This document shows positions 31,750 through 42,583 of a stretch of DNA of 64,000 nucleotides, piece after piece. The translations under genes were made by a program, and so were the position numbers. The stretch lies in the NCBI GenBank assembly GCA_041651315.1, contig JBAZJM010000003.1, forward strand, positions 1 to 64,000, read 5' to 3'. The DNA is from Lentisphaeria bacterium. GTDB taxonomy: Bacteria > Verrucomicrobiota > Lentisphaeria > Oligosphaerales > CAITYL01. The notes below the pieces were generated by a model. It was not told where the DNA came from and did no database searches. It saw nothing but the letters and a program-made list of their open reading frames with translations. Each line of letters begins with the position of its first letter. Positions within the stretch are counted from its first letter, which is position 1.

Positions 31750-33970
31750 TCGACGACGCAGAGAGATCAGCCACAAATTTCTTTGCTTGATCATATGATT
31801 CCATGGCTGTTTGTATCTCTGTCTTAATCGCAAAATTCTTAAGATGTGATTCTATCGCTTCTCTTACCTCTCGAAGTGGAATGGCGAAGTGTTTCTTCAA
31901 TTCGGCTTTGAACTCTTCTCGTTGTTCCGGTGTGAATTCAGCAACATTGAATTTTGTCTTAGCATTCAATGTCTGAATCATTCTCGAGGCTTCTTCTGGT
32001 TTTTGATCAACAAATCTTTGCATCGAATGACGCCAGATATGATCAACAATCTTTCGAAGTACGTCACCGGTAGCCCCCTCGAGTCTTGATGCAAAGGATC
32101 GTAAGTCACCTTTATCGAAATCTTCAACCGGAAGATACGAAAGAAACTTCCGGAAAAGAATCTCCCGTTGTTCCTGATTAAGTTCGCCAACAATGATGAC
32201 CTTGCTAAATCTACGAATCATCGGCATCGGAATTCTTTCCGGATGATTCGTAGCTCCCCAAACAGTAATATTCGGATAATGGACAACACCATCCATTAAA
32301 TTTTGGAACTCAGTTGTCAGATCATCATCACCGTGAATCAAGAATTCTTTCTTCTTCATTACGGCGTCAACTTCATCGATTAGAATATGGACGTGTTTTC
32401 TCGTATCTTTTTGAAGCTTAAGGGCTGCTTCGAAAAGACGCTTCGGATTTTTCTGGGATTCACCTTTCCAACAGGTGTTGAAATCGGAACCCGTAACGAA
32501 AACAGCAATTGAATCCTTCTCAGAAGCAACAGCTCTCATTGCTTCAGTCTTACCACATCCTTGAGGGCCAATAAGAAGGATGTTCGATTTACCTGAAGTT
32601 TTGCTCGGGCTCGTCGCCACAAACAAATCATGCCAAGTGGCAGCACCCTTAATTGTTCTTACATGATCTTTCAATTCGACGAAACCACTACCGAGAATAT
32701 CGTCGAAAGAAGCTAGTGGTCTAGTTCCTGGCGTTACTTGAAGTGCTCCCGGTGCTTGACCTAGAAATGAATTACCGGAGCTAATTCGACAAACATAGAA
32801 ACTATTTTCATCCTGAAAGTGGTTTCGAAGTTTTGCTTTCCGTTCAAGAACTCGAGCGATAATTAGCGCCGGATCGTACCCGGACATATAAATCGAAACT
32901 ATCTGAGATAAGGTTTCGTTTTTAAAATCAAGAACGAAAAGCTCTTCTTGTGATAAAAGACCTTCTTTTGGTCTGTATTGAATAGCAGTAGGATCAAGAT
33001 CCTTGATCATCCCGATAGCGTTATTGAAAATTTGATCTGATCGATCAGTCTTCTGACGAGAAAACGTCATGCGACGATATTCACTAATTTCAGATCTGAA
33101 TAGATTAGTGAGTTGTTTACTTAATTCAAAAAGTGATCTTAACGATATGGTCAAGAACGCGGTAAATCCGCTAATCTCACCATCTCCCTTTATGAGGGCA
33201 TCGATAAACGGATCACGAAGGGCCTCAGCCATGATCTGCGCTTTACGCATTGAATATGCAGAAAGCTTATTCGGATCCTGTCCGTCTTCTACTTCTCCAT
33301 CGGAATCGACATTTTCATAGATATGCATCGCAACATCTGTGATAACAGCATTTCTATGAATCTTAAACCCATCGATTGAGTGGCGCTTCACAAGTGCCCG
33401 ATGATAAGTACTCAAAACATTTGCGATAGAATCTGACATCTTCGCAACTTCACCCGGTAGCTCTTCTAAAGCAGAAAGTGCATCGAGATAACTAGATAGT
33501 GAAGGAGAATTTATATCGATGAGATTACGTATGGCTTGAATACTATTAAAGTCATCATAATTCAGATTCATTCGACTGCTTGGAATCATCAAATCAGGAC
33601 TCCGCAGTCTCTGTATAGCACTGCAAACATTTCCGGTAGCTTGCGTTAAAACAGTGGTGACTTCATAAGCAATTCTCAGGAAATTCATTCCATCTGATGA
33701 ATGGCGAAAATCCTCAGCCCAATTATCATCAGTTTCCATATCATCAGAACTACCAGCTCTCTTCTTTTTGGTAGTCATTCGCCATTCGTTCATCATGTTA
33801 TTATTTGAACGAGCCAGAACTTGAGATCGAGTTTCAAGTTCAGTAACAGCTTCAACAGCTTTGGACATCAATTCGGATAAAGACGCGTCCCTATCCGAAT
33901 TATGCTTAGCTAAACTAGCGAATGAATAGAATTTACTTGGGCTTAGACCAAAATCTGTATCTAACGACAT
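31739..33970 (-). CDS. AAA+ ATPase domain protein
   Basis: 743 aa. Walker A LLIGPQGCGKTEAMRAV and Walker B HILIDEVDAV in the C-terminal half. Confidence 0.75.
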   Translation of the reverse strand: MSLDTDFGLSPSKFYSFASLAKHNSDRDASLSELMSKAVEAVTELETRSQVLARSNNNMMNEWRMTTKKKRAGSSDDMETDDNWAEDFRHSSDGMNFLRIAYEVTTVLTQATGNVCSAIQRLRSPDLMIPSSRMNLNYDDFNSIQAIRNLIDINSPSLSSYLDALSALEELPGEVAKMSDSIANVLSTYHRALVKRHSIDGFKIHRNAVITDVAMHIYENVDSDGEVEDGQDPNKLSAYSMRKAQIMAEALRDPFIDALIKGDGEISGFTAFLTISLRSLFELSKQLTNLFRSEISEYRRMTFSRQKTDRSDQIFNNAIGMIKDLDPTAIQYRPKEGLLSQEELFVLDFKNETLSQIVSIYMSGYDPALIIARVLERKAKLRNHFQDENSFYVCRISSGNSFLGQAPGALQVTPGTRPLASFDDILGSGFVELKDHVRTIKGAATWHDLFVATSPSKTSGKSNILLIGPQGCGKTEAMRAVASEKDSIAVFVTGSDFNTCWKGESQKNPKRLFEAALKLQKDTRKHVHILIDEVDAVMKKKEFLIHGDDDLTTEFQNLMDGVVHYPNITVWGATNHPERIPMPMIRRFSKVIIVGELNQEQREILFRKFLSYLPVEDFDKGDLRSFASRLEGATGDVLRKIVDHIWRHSMQRFVDQKPEEASRMIQTLNAKTKFNVAEFTPEQREEFKAELKKHFAIPLREVREAIESHLKNFAIKTEIQTAMESYDQAKKFVADLSASSIIT

Positions 33971-34060
33971 AAATTAATACACATTACATTTAATAAAGTA
34001 TGTTTAGTATGATCCATACCTCGGCTCCTTGATCAAAATTTTGGATATTAGCCATTTAGT

Positions 34061-34474
34061 TTGTTCTTAAAGGGAAGAAGCATGTCTGATTTAGATGATG
34101 AGAATGGTCCGAAGACTCCTCGTGTGTGTGAAGCATGTGGAGGAAAGACCGAAGATAGTTATAGTTGCAAATGGTGTAGAAACGGATTTCAGGATTCAGA
34201 GCAACAATCTGCTTGGCGAGAATTTCGAACCAAGATGAGGAAAATATCCTCTACTTATTCTCTACTTGAAAAATTAACTAGAGAAATGATAACCGTTCTT
34301 CGCCGTATCAATGATGAAGAAGCAAAAGATATAGCTGAAGAAGGTACTAGAGTATTAGATGAATGGTTGTCAGCTGAACCTGATTCTAGAGAGAGAAGAG
34401 ATGCCTCTGTAAATATAAGTATTTTTCAGAAAAAAGCACTGGTTTTAATAATGAAACGAAAACAAGGAACGTAA
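34061..34474 (+). CDS. hypothetical zinc-ribbon protein
   Basis: CEACGG...CKWC in a 137-aa ORF. Confidence 0.4.
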   Translation: MFLKGRSMSDLDDENGPKTPRVCEACGGKTEDSYSCKWCRNGFQDSEQQSAWREFRTKMRKISSTYSLLEKLTREMITVLRRINDEEAKDIAEEGTRVLDEWLSAEPDSRERRDASVNISIFQKKALVLIMKRKQGT

Positions 34475-34495
34475 GTTTTACTTCTCATTTTCGTA

Positions 34496-34753
34496 TTGTC
34501 ATATATGGGACAGTGTCATTATTGCAGCGGAGAAGGTCCGAAAAGAATTGGTATCGAAGATGGTATCGAAGAAGATCTATATGCTTGTGAACAGTGCTGG
34601 GAACTTTTGAAAAATCCGGCAACGGCTTTACAACTAATTCGCGGAGATCTCTCAATCGAGTTAAGAGGAACTATGGGAGAATCAATGGCAAAAAATGTGA
34701 TAGATAAATTTATGGGTACTATATCAAAGTGGGGACCGGTTAAAAGAGATTAG
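34496..34753 (+). CDS. hypothetical zinc-ribbon protein
   Basis: CHYCSG...CEQC in an 85-aa ORF ending with TAG. Confidence 0.4.
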   Translation: MSYMGQCHYCSGEGPKRIGIEDGIEEDLYACEQCWELLKNPATALQLIRGDLSIELRGTMGESMAKNVIDKFMGTISKWGPVKRD

Positions 34754-35448
34754 TCTATTTGCAGACTTTCGAAACAATCCCGAACTTGTAATCTGAGGTC
34801 CCTAATAGTTTTAGTGGTAACAACTCGATTACCGAAAGTCAAAGCTTCTCGAATTATATCAGGATTAGCGCCAGTTCTAACAGCGCAAACATATCGAGCA
34901 ACGTCCCATCTTCCAATTCGTCTCATCTCTTCTTCATAAGCTTCCATGCGATCCGTTATTGGATCACCCTCTTCAATCGGGGTATCAACCGTATCAAGAA
35001 GGGTCCTTGGATCATCTGGTCCATTCGGGGCATCAAGGGAGTCACGTTCATTCGAATACCGACGTTTTCGATGAACTAAATTGATACATACGTTATTGGC
35101 CACCATATAAACATAGTGGCCAAAACTTGACTTTGTTGGATTGTGAGCACTTTTCCCGAAGTTTTTGTGGACTATAGCCAAGAAAACTTCCTGAAGTAAC
35201 TCATCCATCGAGATGTCCACAACTTTGAAATATCTGTGGACTATCTTTATTATGTCTTGCTGCTTAGCTACGACATCAATCCCTAGCGGCGTCTTTTTAT
35301 CTTCAGCCATCCTTGGCCACGGGAATCTTTCTACAGTCTTTACCGGTCTCGACTTGAGTCGAATTTCCCTAGATTTAACTAACCGCATAGTTTTTAAGTT
35401 TACCATAAAGCTTTTTTGAAAACAAGTTTTCTTGTATAGTCTGAACAT
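34750..35448 (-). CDS. sigma-70-like (ECF-like) transcription factor, divergent
   Basis: Region 2-like ELLQEVFLAIVHKNFG...GHYVYMVANNVCINLVHRKRR, and a C-terminal HTH-like segment. Confidence 0.45.
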   Translation of the reverse strand: MFRLYKKTCFQKSFMVNLKTMRLVKSREIRLKSRPVKTVERFPWPRMAEDKKTPLGIDVVAKQQDIIKIVHRYFKVVDISMDELLQEVFLAIVHKNFGKSAHNPTKSSFGHYVYMVANNVCINLVHRKRRYSNERDSLDAPNGPDDPRTLLDTVDTPIEEGDPITDRMEAYEEEMRRIGRWDVARYVCAVRTGANPDIIREALTFGNRVVTTKTIRDLRLQVRDCFESLQID

Positions 35449-36019
35449 GGATGATTATTTAAAAGAATGTCTATCTGACATTGGAAACATCCCCCTTAAC
35501 GATTTCAATACGCTTTATTGCAGAGTTTGCGCTAGAAGAACTTGCGCTAGAAGTGGACTAAATAACTCCACTTTCGATATTAGAGCCAGAGATTGGAAGA
35601 AAAATTTATTCGAGGAGCCACAAATTGCTGAAGTAGGAGATCCTAGGTTTTCCAACATTCAGTCAAAAATTTTTGCCCCCGGTGGCTCAGCGTATGAAAT
35701 AAGAAGCAATGCTGAAATGCCGAATCTTGATGCTAATGCTCTTGCTCAACGTGAAGCTCCAAAAAATTTCATAAGTCTTCCTATCCAAAACCAACCAGCA
35801 CCATCTATTCAATATAAAGAAGAAACTCCTCCCGAAATCACGGAAACTCCGGAACCGATTCAAGAAGTACCGGCGATACAGACAAAACCATCACTTCCTC
35901 AACAATTAACGAATACAGATTTTCAACAAGGAACAGTTCTCCCTGGAGGACCAGCTCCTCAACAGGCAACACAGGGGAATATCTACGTATTTGGGGAAGA
36001 TGATGAAGATGACAAGTGA
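35432..36019 (+). CDS. hypothetical protein (Pro/Gln-rich C-terminus)
   Basis: 195-aa ORF. Confidence 0.45.
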   Translation: MYSLNMDDYLKECLSDIGNIPLNDFNTLYCRVCARRTCARSGLNNSTFDIRARDWKKNLFEEPQIAEVGDPRFSNIQSKIFAPGGSAYEIRSNAEMPNLDANALAQREAPKNFISLPIQNQPAPSIQYKEETPPEITETPEPIQEVPAIQTKPSLPQQLTNTDFQQGTVLPGGPAPQQATQGNIYVFGEDDEDDK

Positions 36020-36893
36020 AATAGAAAAAGTTTCAGAATCGTCGAATCTTTGGGGAGATGACCCGAGGATGGAACTCGTAAAAATTCGAGATGCAGGTCT
36101 CGTTATAGCAGACGATTTGCTTCAAAAAGCAGAAGCAAGATATTTGCTTGATATAAGACAACGGCTTCAGTCAGATCTAAAAATAAATAAAATGGCTGCA
36201 AATGCTTCTCCAGCCATAGATGCTCTCATTCCTTTAGCGGATGAAATGAGAGATCTCATAAAAGAAGGATCGGAAGATATATTTCTTTCGATGCTTGAGT
36301 ATGTACTAAATGAACTCGATGAATTACGAAAAGCAGAACCGGCAAGTTATCTTATTGACGATAGGACTGGAAAAATAGTCGCTCCGATAGAGGAAGATAC
36401 TATAATCAGACCAGATCCAATAGTAGATGAAAATGGGATAACTCAGGTTCAGAATCCATATATAAATCCGATTCTTGCTGCTTCCATTGCTTTAGATACG
36501 GCAGCTAAGGAACGAGACGCTAAAATTCAAAAGTTGGCTGCAGATCCTGTAAGTGGTTTAGCTTACAGACACTTAACAGAGCCAGATAGAATTGTCGAAT
36601 TAGCTAAAGAAAAACTGCGAGCATTCGGTATCATAATATTAGATGAACCAAATTCAGAAAAAGAGAAAGAGATAATTGAATTTGGAAAAGAGACTATGGA
36701 AGCTGATCATCAAGCACCAAATATTCGTTATCATCGACTTAGCGTTTATTCAGCTGTTTTAGCAACTGTTTTATCTAAAAAATGTGAAAAGGGTGGAATT
36801 TGTTGGATCGGCCCTATTCAAAAGAAAATAAATAGTAAACAAAGATGGTATCAAGTAGAAGCACTTATAACGAAGAAATCAGAGATGATTTAA
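35991..36893 (+). CDS. hypothetical protein
   Basis: 300-aa ORF overlapping the upstream gene. Confidence 0.45.
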   Translation: MGKMMKMTSEIEKVSESSNLWGDDPRMELVKIRDAGLVIADDLLQKAEARYLLDIRQRLQSDLKINKMAANASPAIDALIPLADEMRDLIKEGSEDIFLSMLEYVLNELDELRKAEPASYLIDDRTGKIVAPIEEDTIIRPDPIVDENGITQVQNPYINPILAASIALDTAAKERDAKIQKLAADPVSGLAYRHLTEPDRIVELAKEKLRAFGIIILDEPNSEKEKEIIEFGKETMEADHQAPNIRYHRLSVYSAVLATVLSKKCEKGGICWIGPIQKKINSKQRWYQVEALITKKSEMI

Positions 36894-37441
36894 ATAGTTT
36901 GAGTTATTTGTTTAGGTCCATCCCAGCGCGCAAGTACTGAAGCAAGTACTGAAGCAAGTGCGAATCTAAATTCAGCAACACCAGCTGCTCCGCCCATATT
37001 TTCAAGAAGAGGGCCGAGAGCGTCAACATTACATCTAAATTTAAACTGAACGTAAACACCGACAGGAAGAATCGGAAGCGCGTCAGCTGGGAATTTTAGA
37101 TGAGAAGACACTAAGGCAAATAAATCAAGTGTTTCTTTCACCGATTGACGTATGAGTGCATTTATTCGAGTCGGAAAATTAGGATCAGAATTTGGAGAAA
37201 ACCCTTCATCAGCTATCATTGGTATCCAAGCTGATAGCGGTTTTCGAAGTTCATATTGATCAATAAACCCTGCCCCGAGAAGTAAAGGGGTCACAGCTTG
37301 CATAACACAAGCTGGCATAACTATGAAAAATTGGACATGACGATCCACCATGTCTTCAGACATGATTTTGACCGATCCATGCGTGAAAAATGAACCTAGA
37401 GGACGTGTCGGTTTAGGACGAGGATATTTCGCTCTGTTCAT
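36890..37441 (-). CDS. hypothetical protein
   Basis: 183-aa ORF. Confidence 0.4.
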   Translation of the reverse strand: MNRAKYPRPKPTRPLGSFFTHGSVKIMSEDMVDRHVQFFIVMPACVMQAVTPLLLGAGFIDQYELRKPLSAWIPMIADEGFSPNSDPNFPTRINALIRQSVKETLDLFALVSSHLKFPADALPILPVGVYVQFKFRCNVDALGPLLENMGGAAGVAEFRFALASVLASVLARWDGPKQITQTI

Positions 37442-37470
37442 TTATTTCACATTACAGGTAACGTCAGATA

Positions 37471-37725
37471 ATGACTCCTGAAGAAGTCGATCTTCTTAAG
37501 AATATGGTTGTCATAATGTCAGACGGGGAGGTATCACTTCGTCTTGAAGCTATGGCAAAAAGAGAATTGTCCATATTAGACAATCCGGATTTTAAATCAG
37601 ATTCGATGAAAGAAGAGATAATATTTAATGCTGCAGCATTAGCTGCAGCGGCAGAAAGACTATCCCCAATTGACCTTAATATTAACGCTAGTCATGAATC
37701 GAATCATCCTGATGTCGAAGTATGA
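37471..37725 (+). CDS. hypothetical small protein
   Basis: 84-aa ORF. Confidence 0.35.
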   Translation: MTPEEVDLLKNMVVIMSDGEVSLRLEAMAKRELSILDNPDFKSDSMKEEIIFNAAALAAAAERLSPIDLNINASHESNHPDVEV

Positions 37726-37880
37726 ATTTCGCTTTTATGGAAGTTGCTATTTTTGCTCGTGTCTCAGCGCTATGGTCTTTTTAGTTAGACCGACATAACG
37801 ACGACCAGAATCAATATGAATATGACAATATATAATCCAGCGAGGTTCCATGAAGAAACTCTACCGGAACCAATCTCAGA

Positions 37881-40800
37881 TTAAAGTCCAAAAAGACTAG
37901 CTAGAAACTGGAATTTCTGAGGATCAACACGAATTCCACGTTCCTCCGACAGAATAATCGTGCCATTTGGACTAACTACTCTCAGTGGAGTATTTCCCTC
38001 TGCTAAAATACAAATTGCTTGAAGTTTTTTCGATACTTCTTCCGATAAAATAGCAGTCACAGTCCAACGAAGAATTACCTCATCTTCATTGATTTGTCTA
38101 GCTGTTCTCGTCTCCGTTTTTGTTGGAGACATCGATGTTGAAGAAGATGCTGGAGGATGAGAGGATGCTGGAGGCTTCGAAGGCTTCGTTTCTTTTGCAG
38201 GAACTTCTATCCCATCAGCTCCACCGTGACCATTCTTACAACTCATCCCGCCAGGAGTCTCGAACTGTGGCTCTTTACAAACTGAGCAGAGCGTTGGCTT
38301 AGAACCGGAATTTGACGCGAGACCAATATTAGATAAATCTAAATCGATATCGGATAAATCTATATCCATATTAGTACCAGCTTCTTCAAGTTCTAAAGAA
38401 CTCATACTATCAGAGATTTCCGGGGTTTGATTCTCTGATAACTGAGATTCATGTATTACAGGTCTTGATTTTGGTGGGAATGGCTGTTCCGATTCAGGAT
38501 GTGGAGTTACCTCTGGTTCTACTGGAGTAGTTTGAACAACTGGCGCTGGCAACTCTGGAGCTTTTTGCGCTGTCTCAATTGCCGGAGCAGGAGGAGGTTG
38601 AACCCATTCAGTACCAGCAAGTTGAGCTGCTTTAATCCTATCACTCTCTTCAGGGAGAAGTCGATAAATATAACCTTTTAAGAAATCAGGAATTTGTTGA
38701 TAAACACGACCATCAACAAAATACTGATTTTTCTTCAGTTTACCTTTATAGTTACCGTTTTCATCAATATCCGATTTCTTAGCGGGTTTGCCGTCAACCA
38801 TCGCAAAATAATCGAATCGCGCTCTCCAATGGATATCAATACCTGGTTCCGTTTCGAGTGGGACAACCCATTGTCTACCATGATTCTTCGGAAGTCTCCA
38901 TGGTAACACCATCCACTCATCAAGTTTACGAGTCACCTCCATGAGATGCTCAGGTTTGACTTCAAACACAACTTCATCGTGAACAGTTAGAACGTATCGA
39001 ACTCTATCTTCCCATCCAAGAGCTCGAATTTGCTTGTCAACATAACACATAGCAAATTTCAGAATATCAGCTGAAGTTGCTTGAATCGTGTAATTGATAG
39101 CACAACGTTCTGCTTTTTTCTGTATTGCTCTTATCGGTGAATCGATCGTCGGAATTGGCATTCGACGCCCGAATGCCGTATATACACATTTATGCTTTTT
39201 CGCAAATTTCTTTTGATGTTCAACATAGCCCATGAGACCAGGAAGACCCGTTCTCATGTTTTCCATGTGACGACCACCGTCTTCTATTGAACAACCAACA
39301 TTTCGTGAAATAGCTCCTGCACCACCACCGTAAATAACTGCAAAATTGCTTCTCTTACCGCGGTTTCTTTCATCTTTTGAAACCTCGGCTTTAGCAAAGA
39401 GAATTCGGGCAGTAATTGAATGTACGTCCCCGTCTTCGTGAAGGAATGATTTTGTCCAAAGTGGATCTCCGGACATATTCGTAATAACACGAAGTTCTTC
39501 ACCAGCGTAGTCAATTTTTAGGAGAAACCACCCCTTACGAGGGATGATTACAGTCCTGATTTGCTTGAATAACTCAGGTTTATCATCATCTGAATCTCGA
39601 GGGATACCTTGAAAGTTGATACCGGAATAACCATCTTCAATTTTGCCCGCTTTACTCGATAAACGGGCAGTATCGGTACCGATCTGATTGAATGATGGTC
39701 TTACGTCACCGTATTTATCATGGCTCCTAGTCAGTTTTTCAATATATGAGCCATTCATTTTATCGTAATGACGATATTCTAGGATTAACTCAAATATACT
39801 TTCCGGTTTCTTTTCTTCAGTTGACTCATCATTATTCTTAGCTAAGTATTTCGGTCCATAGTGACGGTGAAGAGACTTTAAGACTTCATCTTTTAACGAG
39901 TAGGTGATTTTTTCGCCACCCTCATCATCGTCATCATCGTCATCAGAGTTATCACTATAACTAACAGAAAAACCACCCTCCTCTTGAATCATTTCAGGAG
40001 TTGGCTTAAGTTTCAATCCTTCGTTATCTGTGAAGAAGCAACCCGATAATTGAGTAGGAGACCCAACATTTAGGGATAACCAACGACCAGTTCTTCCCGT
40101 TTTTGATTCAATGAGCTCCCGAATACGATCTCCGGTTGTTCTCATTGCAGTAGTGCAATCGACAAATAACTGATTTACTCGATCAATATCAAGATGGACA
40201 CGATTTCTTTCCATCTTTCGCATGACATTGGAGAAAGCTTTCTCGAGATCATAAATGTGCTCGTATCCTTCAATTTTAGGACGTAGAGCATGATATAATT
40301 GATAAGTGAAGATTCCATCAGAACAACCGTATTCTTTACCTTCTTTCGGATGGAGCAAACCGAAATTGTATCGCTCTTTATATCGTTTTAGTTGTTCTTT
40401 CTTTTCATCTGTGAAAAGTTCATCAAGTTCAACCATCTCAATGCCAAGATGCGTTTTCGTAAGAGGCTTGAGACCGGCAGGAAAGCTTTTTAGTGGACTA
40501 ATGACTTTCGCAATGAAAAAAGTATCTTCAAATTCTTTATGTCTCCAAAATTCCTTCCCGGTTACCGGGTAAAGCATTTCAGCGTCATATCTAGCATTAT
40601 GAAAGATGATGCGACAGTTATAGACAAGTCGTGTAATTTCATCCCAAGATTCATCCCATGGGAGATTACCGGAATCCTCTGGTTCATGGGCTAACGGAAT
40701 GTAATATCCGTTTTTACCATCAAAAGACATGCAGAGACCAACTATTTTGTCAACAGTTCGAATCCCATGTTTTGTTATGCGACCGTCTTCAAAAAACTCA

Positions 40801-40982
40801 TCGGGATATATCCGACTATCAACACCCGTTGATTCAACATCAAGAGAAGCAAGATTTCTGCTAATACATATATCAACGAGTTTCTTGAGCTGGTCAATCC
40901 CAGTAACAATATGAAAATTGTATTGGTTAAACCATTCCCTATGGACTGTAACTCTATCGTCTACTCTTTGAAGTCCAAGCAC
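37881..40982 (-). CDS. family A DNA polymerase (PolA-like) with 3'-5' exonuclease domain and C-terminal Zn-ribbon extension
   Basis: Exo motifs LASLDVESTG and YDAEMLY. Pol motif A DYAGEELRV, motif B RNRGKRSNFAVIYG, motif C LTVHDEVVFEV. A poly-Asp insert (DDDDDDDEGG) and a ~300-aa C-terminal tail that includes CSVCKEPQFETPGGMSCKNGHGG. Confidence 0.9.
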   Translation of the reverse strand: MLGLQRVDDRVTVHREWFNQYNFHIVTGIDQLKKLVDICISRNLASLDVESTGVDSRIYPDEFFEDGRITKHGIRTVDKIVGLCMSFDGKNGYYIPLAHEPEDSGNLPWDESWDEITRLVYNCRIIFHNARYDAEMLYPVTGKEFWRHKEFEDTFFIAKVISPLKSFPAGLKPLTKTHLGIEMVELDELFTDEKKEQLKRYKERYNFGLLHPKEGKEYGCSDGIFTYQLYHALRPKIEGYEHIYDLEKAFSNVMRKMERNRVHLDIDRVNQLFVDCTTAMRTTGDRIRELIESKTGRTGRWLSLNVGSPTQLSGCFFTDNEGLKLKPTPEMIQEEGGFSVSYSDNSDDDDDDDEGGEKITYSLKDEVLKSLHRHYGPKYLAKNNDESTEEKKPESIFELILEYRHYDKMNGSYIEKLTRSHDKYGDVRPSFNQIGTDTARLSSKAGKIEDGYSGINFQGIPRDSDDDKPELFKQIRTVIIPRKGWFLLKIDYAGEELRVITNMSGDPLWTKSFLHEDGDVHSITARILFAKAEVSKDERNRGKRSNFAVIYGGGAGAISRNVGCSIEDGGRHMENMRTGLPGLMGYVEHQKKFAKKHKCVYTAFGRRMPIPTIDSPIRAIQKKAERCAINYTIQATSADILKFAMCYVDKQIRALGWEDRVRYVLTVHDEVVFEVKPEHLMEVTRKLDEWMVLPWRLPKNHGRQWVVPLETEPGIDIHWRARFDYFAMVDGKPAKKSDIDENGNYKGKLKKNQYFVDGRVYQQIPDFLKGYIYRLLPEESDRIKAAQLAGTEWVQPPPAPAIETAQKAPELPAPVVQTTPVEPEVTPHPESEQPFPPKSRPVIHESQLSENQTPEISDSMSSLELEEAGTNMDIDLSDIDLDLSNIGLASNSGSKPTLCSVCKEPQFETPGGMSCKNGHGGADGIEVPAKETKPSKPPASSHPPASSSTSMSPTKTETRTARQINEDEVILRWTVTAILSEEVSKKLQAICILAEGNTPLRVVSPNGTIILSEERGIRVDPQKFQFLASLFGL

Positions 40983-40999
40983 AACGGACTTTACAATGA

Positions 41000-42100
41000 A
41001 TGGTGTTCAAAATGAGTAGTAGGAATTACTACGAAGTTCTAGGCGTCACGAAAGACGTGAGTGACGATGACTTAAGAAAAGCTTATAAAGCATTGGCTCT
41101 TAAGTTCCATCCAGACAGAAATCCGGATAACAAAGAAGCGGAAGCAAAATTCAAAGAAGCTACTGAAGCTTATTCGACACTCAGCGATACTGAAAAACGT
41201 CAGATTTATGACTTACAGTCCATGCCGAACCCATTTACTCGTGGATCACGGCCTCATGGATCACGGCCTCCTTGGTCACCATTTGAGTCAATTGATCCAA
41301 ATTCTATTTTCGATGAGTTCATGCGAACTCCAGGATTTAAAGTAAACACCGAGGATTCCCTGAAAGATCGCATAAGAAATGCGATGAAGGGCCGCGATGT
41401 TGAAATGGATATAACTATAACATTAGAAGAATCAATAGTTGGAGTTACCAAAGAAGTAAAAACATCTACTGATTCAAATATTATGTGTGAAAAATGTAAA
41501 GGGACAAGAGCAAAACCAGGAACAAGAAAATTTCCATGTACCGCTTGTTCAGGATCAGGAAGAAATTTCTATCAGGGCGGAAACAGTAAGTGTAAAGCTT
41601 GTCAGGGTCACGGGGATATCCCTTTCAATAAATGTGATCATTGTGGAGGGAAAGGGACAGTCAAAGGGACAAGAAATGTCTCCCTAAAAATTCCTGTCGG
41701 TATATCTGATGGACAAAAATTACGACTCGCTGGACAAGGTGGATTCGGTAATGGCGGTCCGCCCGGAGATTTGTATATAACAGTTAAAGTTACTGAGGAC
41801 GATAACTTTGAACGAAAAGGGAATGATTTATGGACTAAATGTCAAGTCAGTCTATCCGATATTGTCAGGACAGGAAGAACGAAAGTAAAAACCATAACTG
41901 GCGATGAAGTATTCATTCAATTACCGAACGGATTCGTATCAGGCAATACGACTCTAAGAATTCAGGGCGCCGGAGTAAGACAGCCTGGTAGTGAACCAGG
42001 AAATTTATATGTCACTCTGAATCTTAGCGTACCGGCTATAAAAACAGCTAGAGCAAAAAAACTCCTTGAAGAGTTAGTAGATGAACTAGGCATATACTAG
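41000..42100 (+). CDS. dnaJ: DnaJ chaperone (J-domain, Gly-rich linker, CxxCxGxG zinc finger, C-terminal domain)
   Basis: [33 protein letters not shown], and four CxxC(x)G(x)G repeats ([32 protein letters not shown]). Ends with TAG. Confidence 0.9.
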   Translation: MVFKMSSRNYYEVLGVTKDVSDDDLRKAYKALALKFHPDRNPDNKEAEAKFKEATEAYSTLSDTEKRQIYDLQSMPNPFTRGSRPHGSRPPWSPFESIDPNSIFDEFMRTPGFKVNTEDSLKDRIRNAMKGRDVEMDITITLEESIVGVTKEVKTSTDSNIMCEKCKGTRAKPGTRKFPCTACSGSGRNFYQGGNSKCKACQGHGDIPFNKCDHCGGKGTVKGTRNVSLKIPVGISDGQKLRLAGQGGFGNGGPPGDLYITVKVTEDDNFERKGNDLWTKCQVSLSDIVRTGRTKVKTITGDEVFIQLPNGFVSGNTTLRIQGAGVRQPGSEPGNLYVTLNLSVPAIKTARAKKLLEELVDELGIY

Positions 42101-42583
42101 ATGACTCTTTTGTATGCCGAAAGAATTATGGATCAGTCTATCTTGAAAAGGATCGCTACTAAGGTAGCCGAAAGTGAAGTAATCCCTCAAGTTATAAGTG
42201 AGGATACTTTAACTCTTAAAGGTCCTTTCAAACCATATAAACTTGGAGATGAAACTGAAATTGAGAGAGACGATTTAACAATTACCTCTCCGGGATCAGA
42301 ATTCACCAATGATGAAGACGGATATCATTTATTTTATATCGATTGCGAATTTGAAGTAGAACCTGCAGAGAGAGCGACTCATAATTCTCCTGGGAACCCC
42401 GGTAGTACACAGTTAATTGATTATCAAGTAGTAGCAATTGACGGATTCATATTATTGAATCCGGAAGATAGAGTAGCTGCCAAAGAAAAACTTGATTTAT
42501 CCGATCATCAGATACATAAATTAGAAGAAAAATACGGAGAAGATGCCGCTGATCGTGCCGCCGATGATTTTTATGAACCGTAA
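42101..42583 (+). CDS. hypothetical acidic protein (ATG directly after, and in frame with, the dnaJ TAG stop)
   Basis: 160-aa ORF. The sequence ...tac TAG ATG act... puts it in the same frame as dnaJ. Confidence 0.4.
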   Translation: MTLLYAERIMDQSILKRIATKVAESEVIPQVISEDTLTLKGPFKPYKLGDETEIERDDLTITSPGSEFTNDEDGYHLFYIDCEFEVEPAERATHNSPGNPGSTQLIDYQVVAIDGFILLNPEDRVAAKEKLDLSDHQIHKLEEKYGEDAADRAADDFYEP

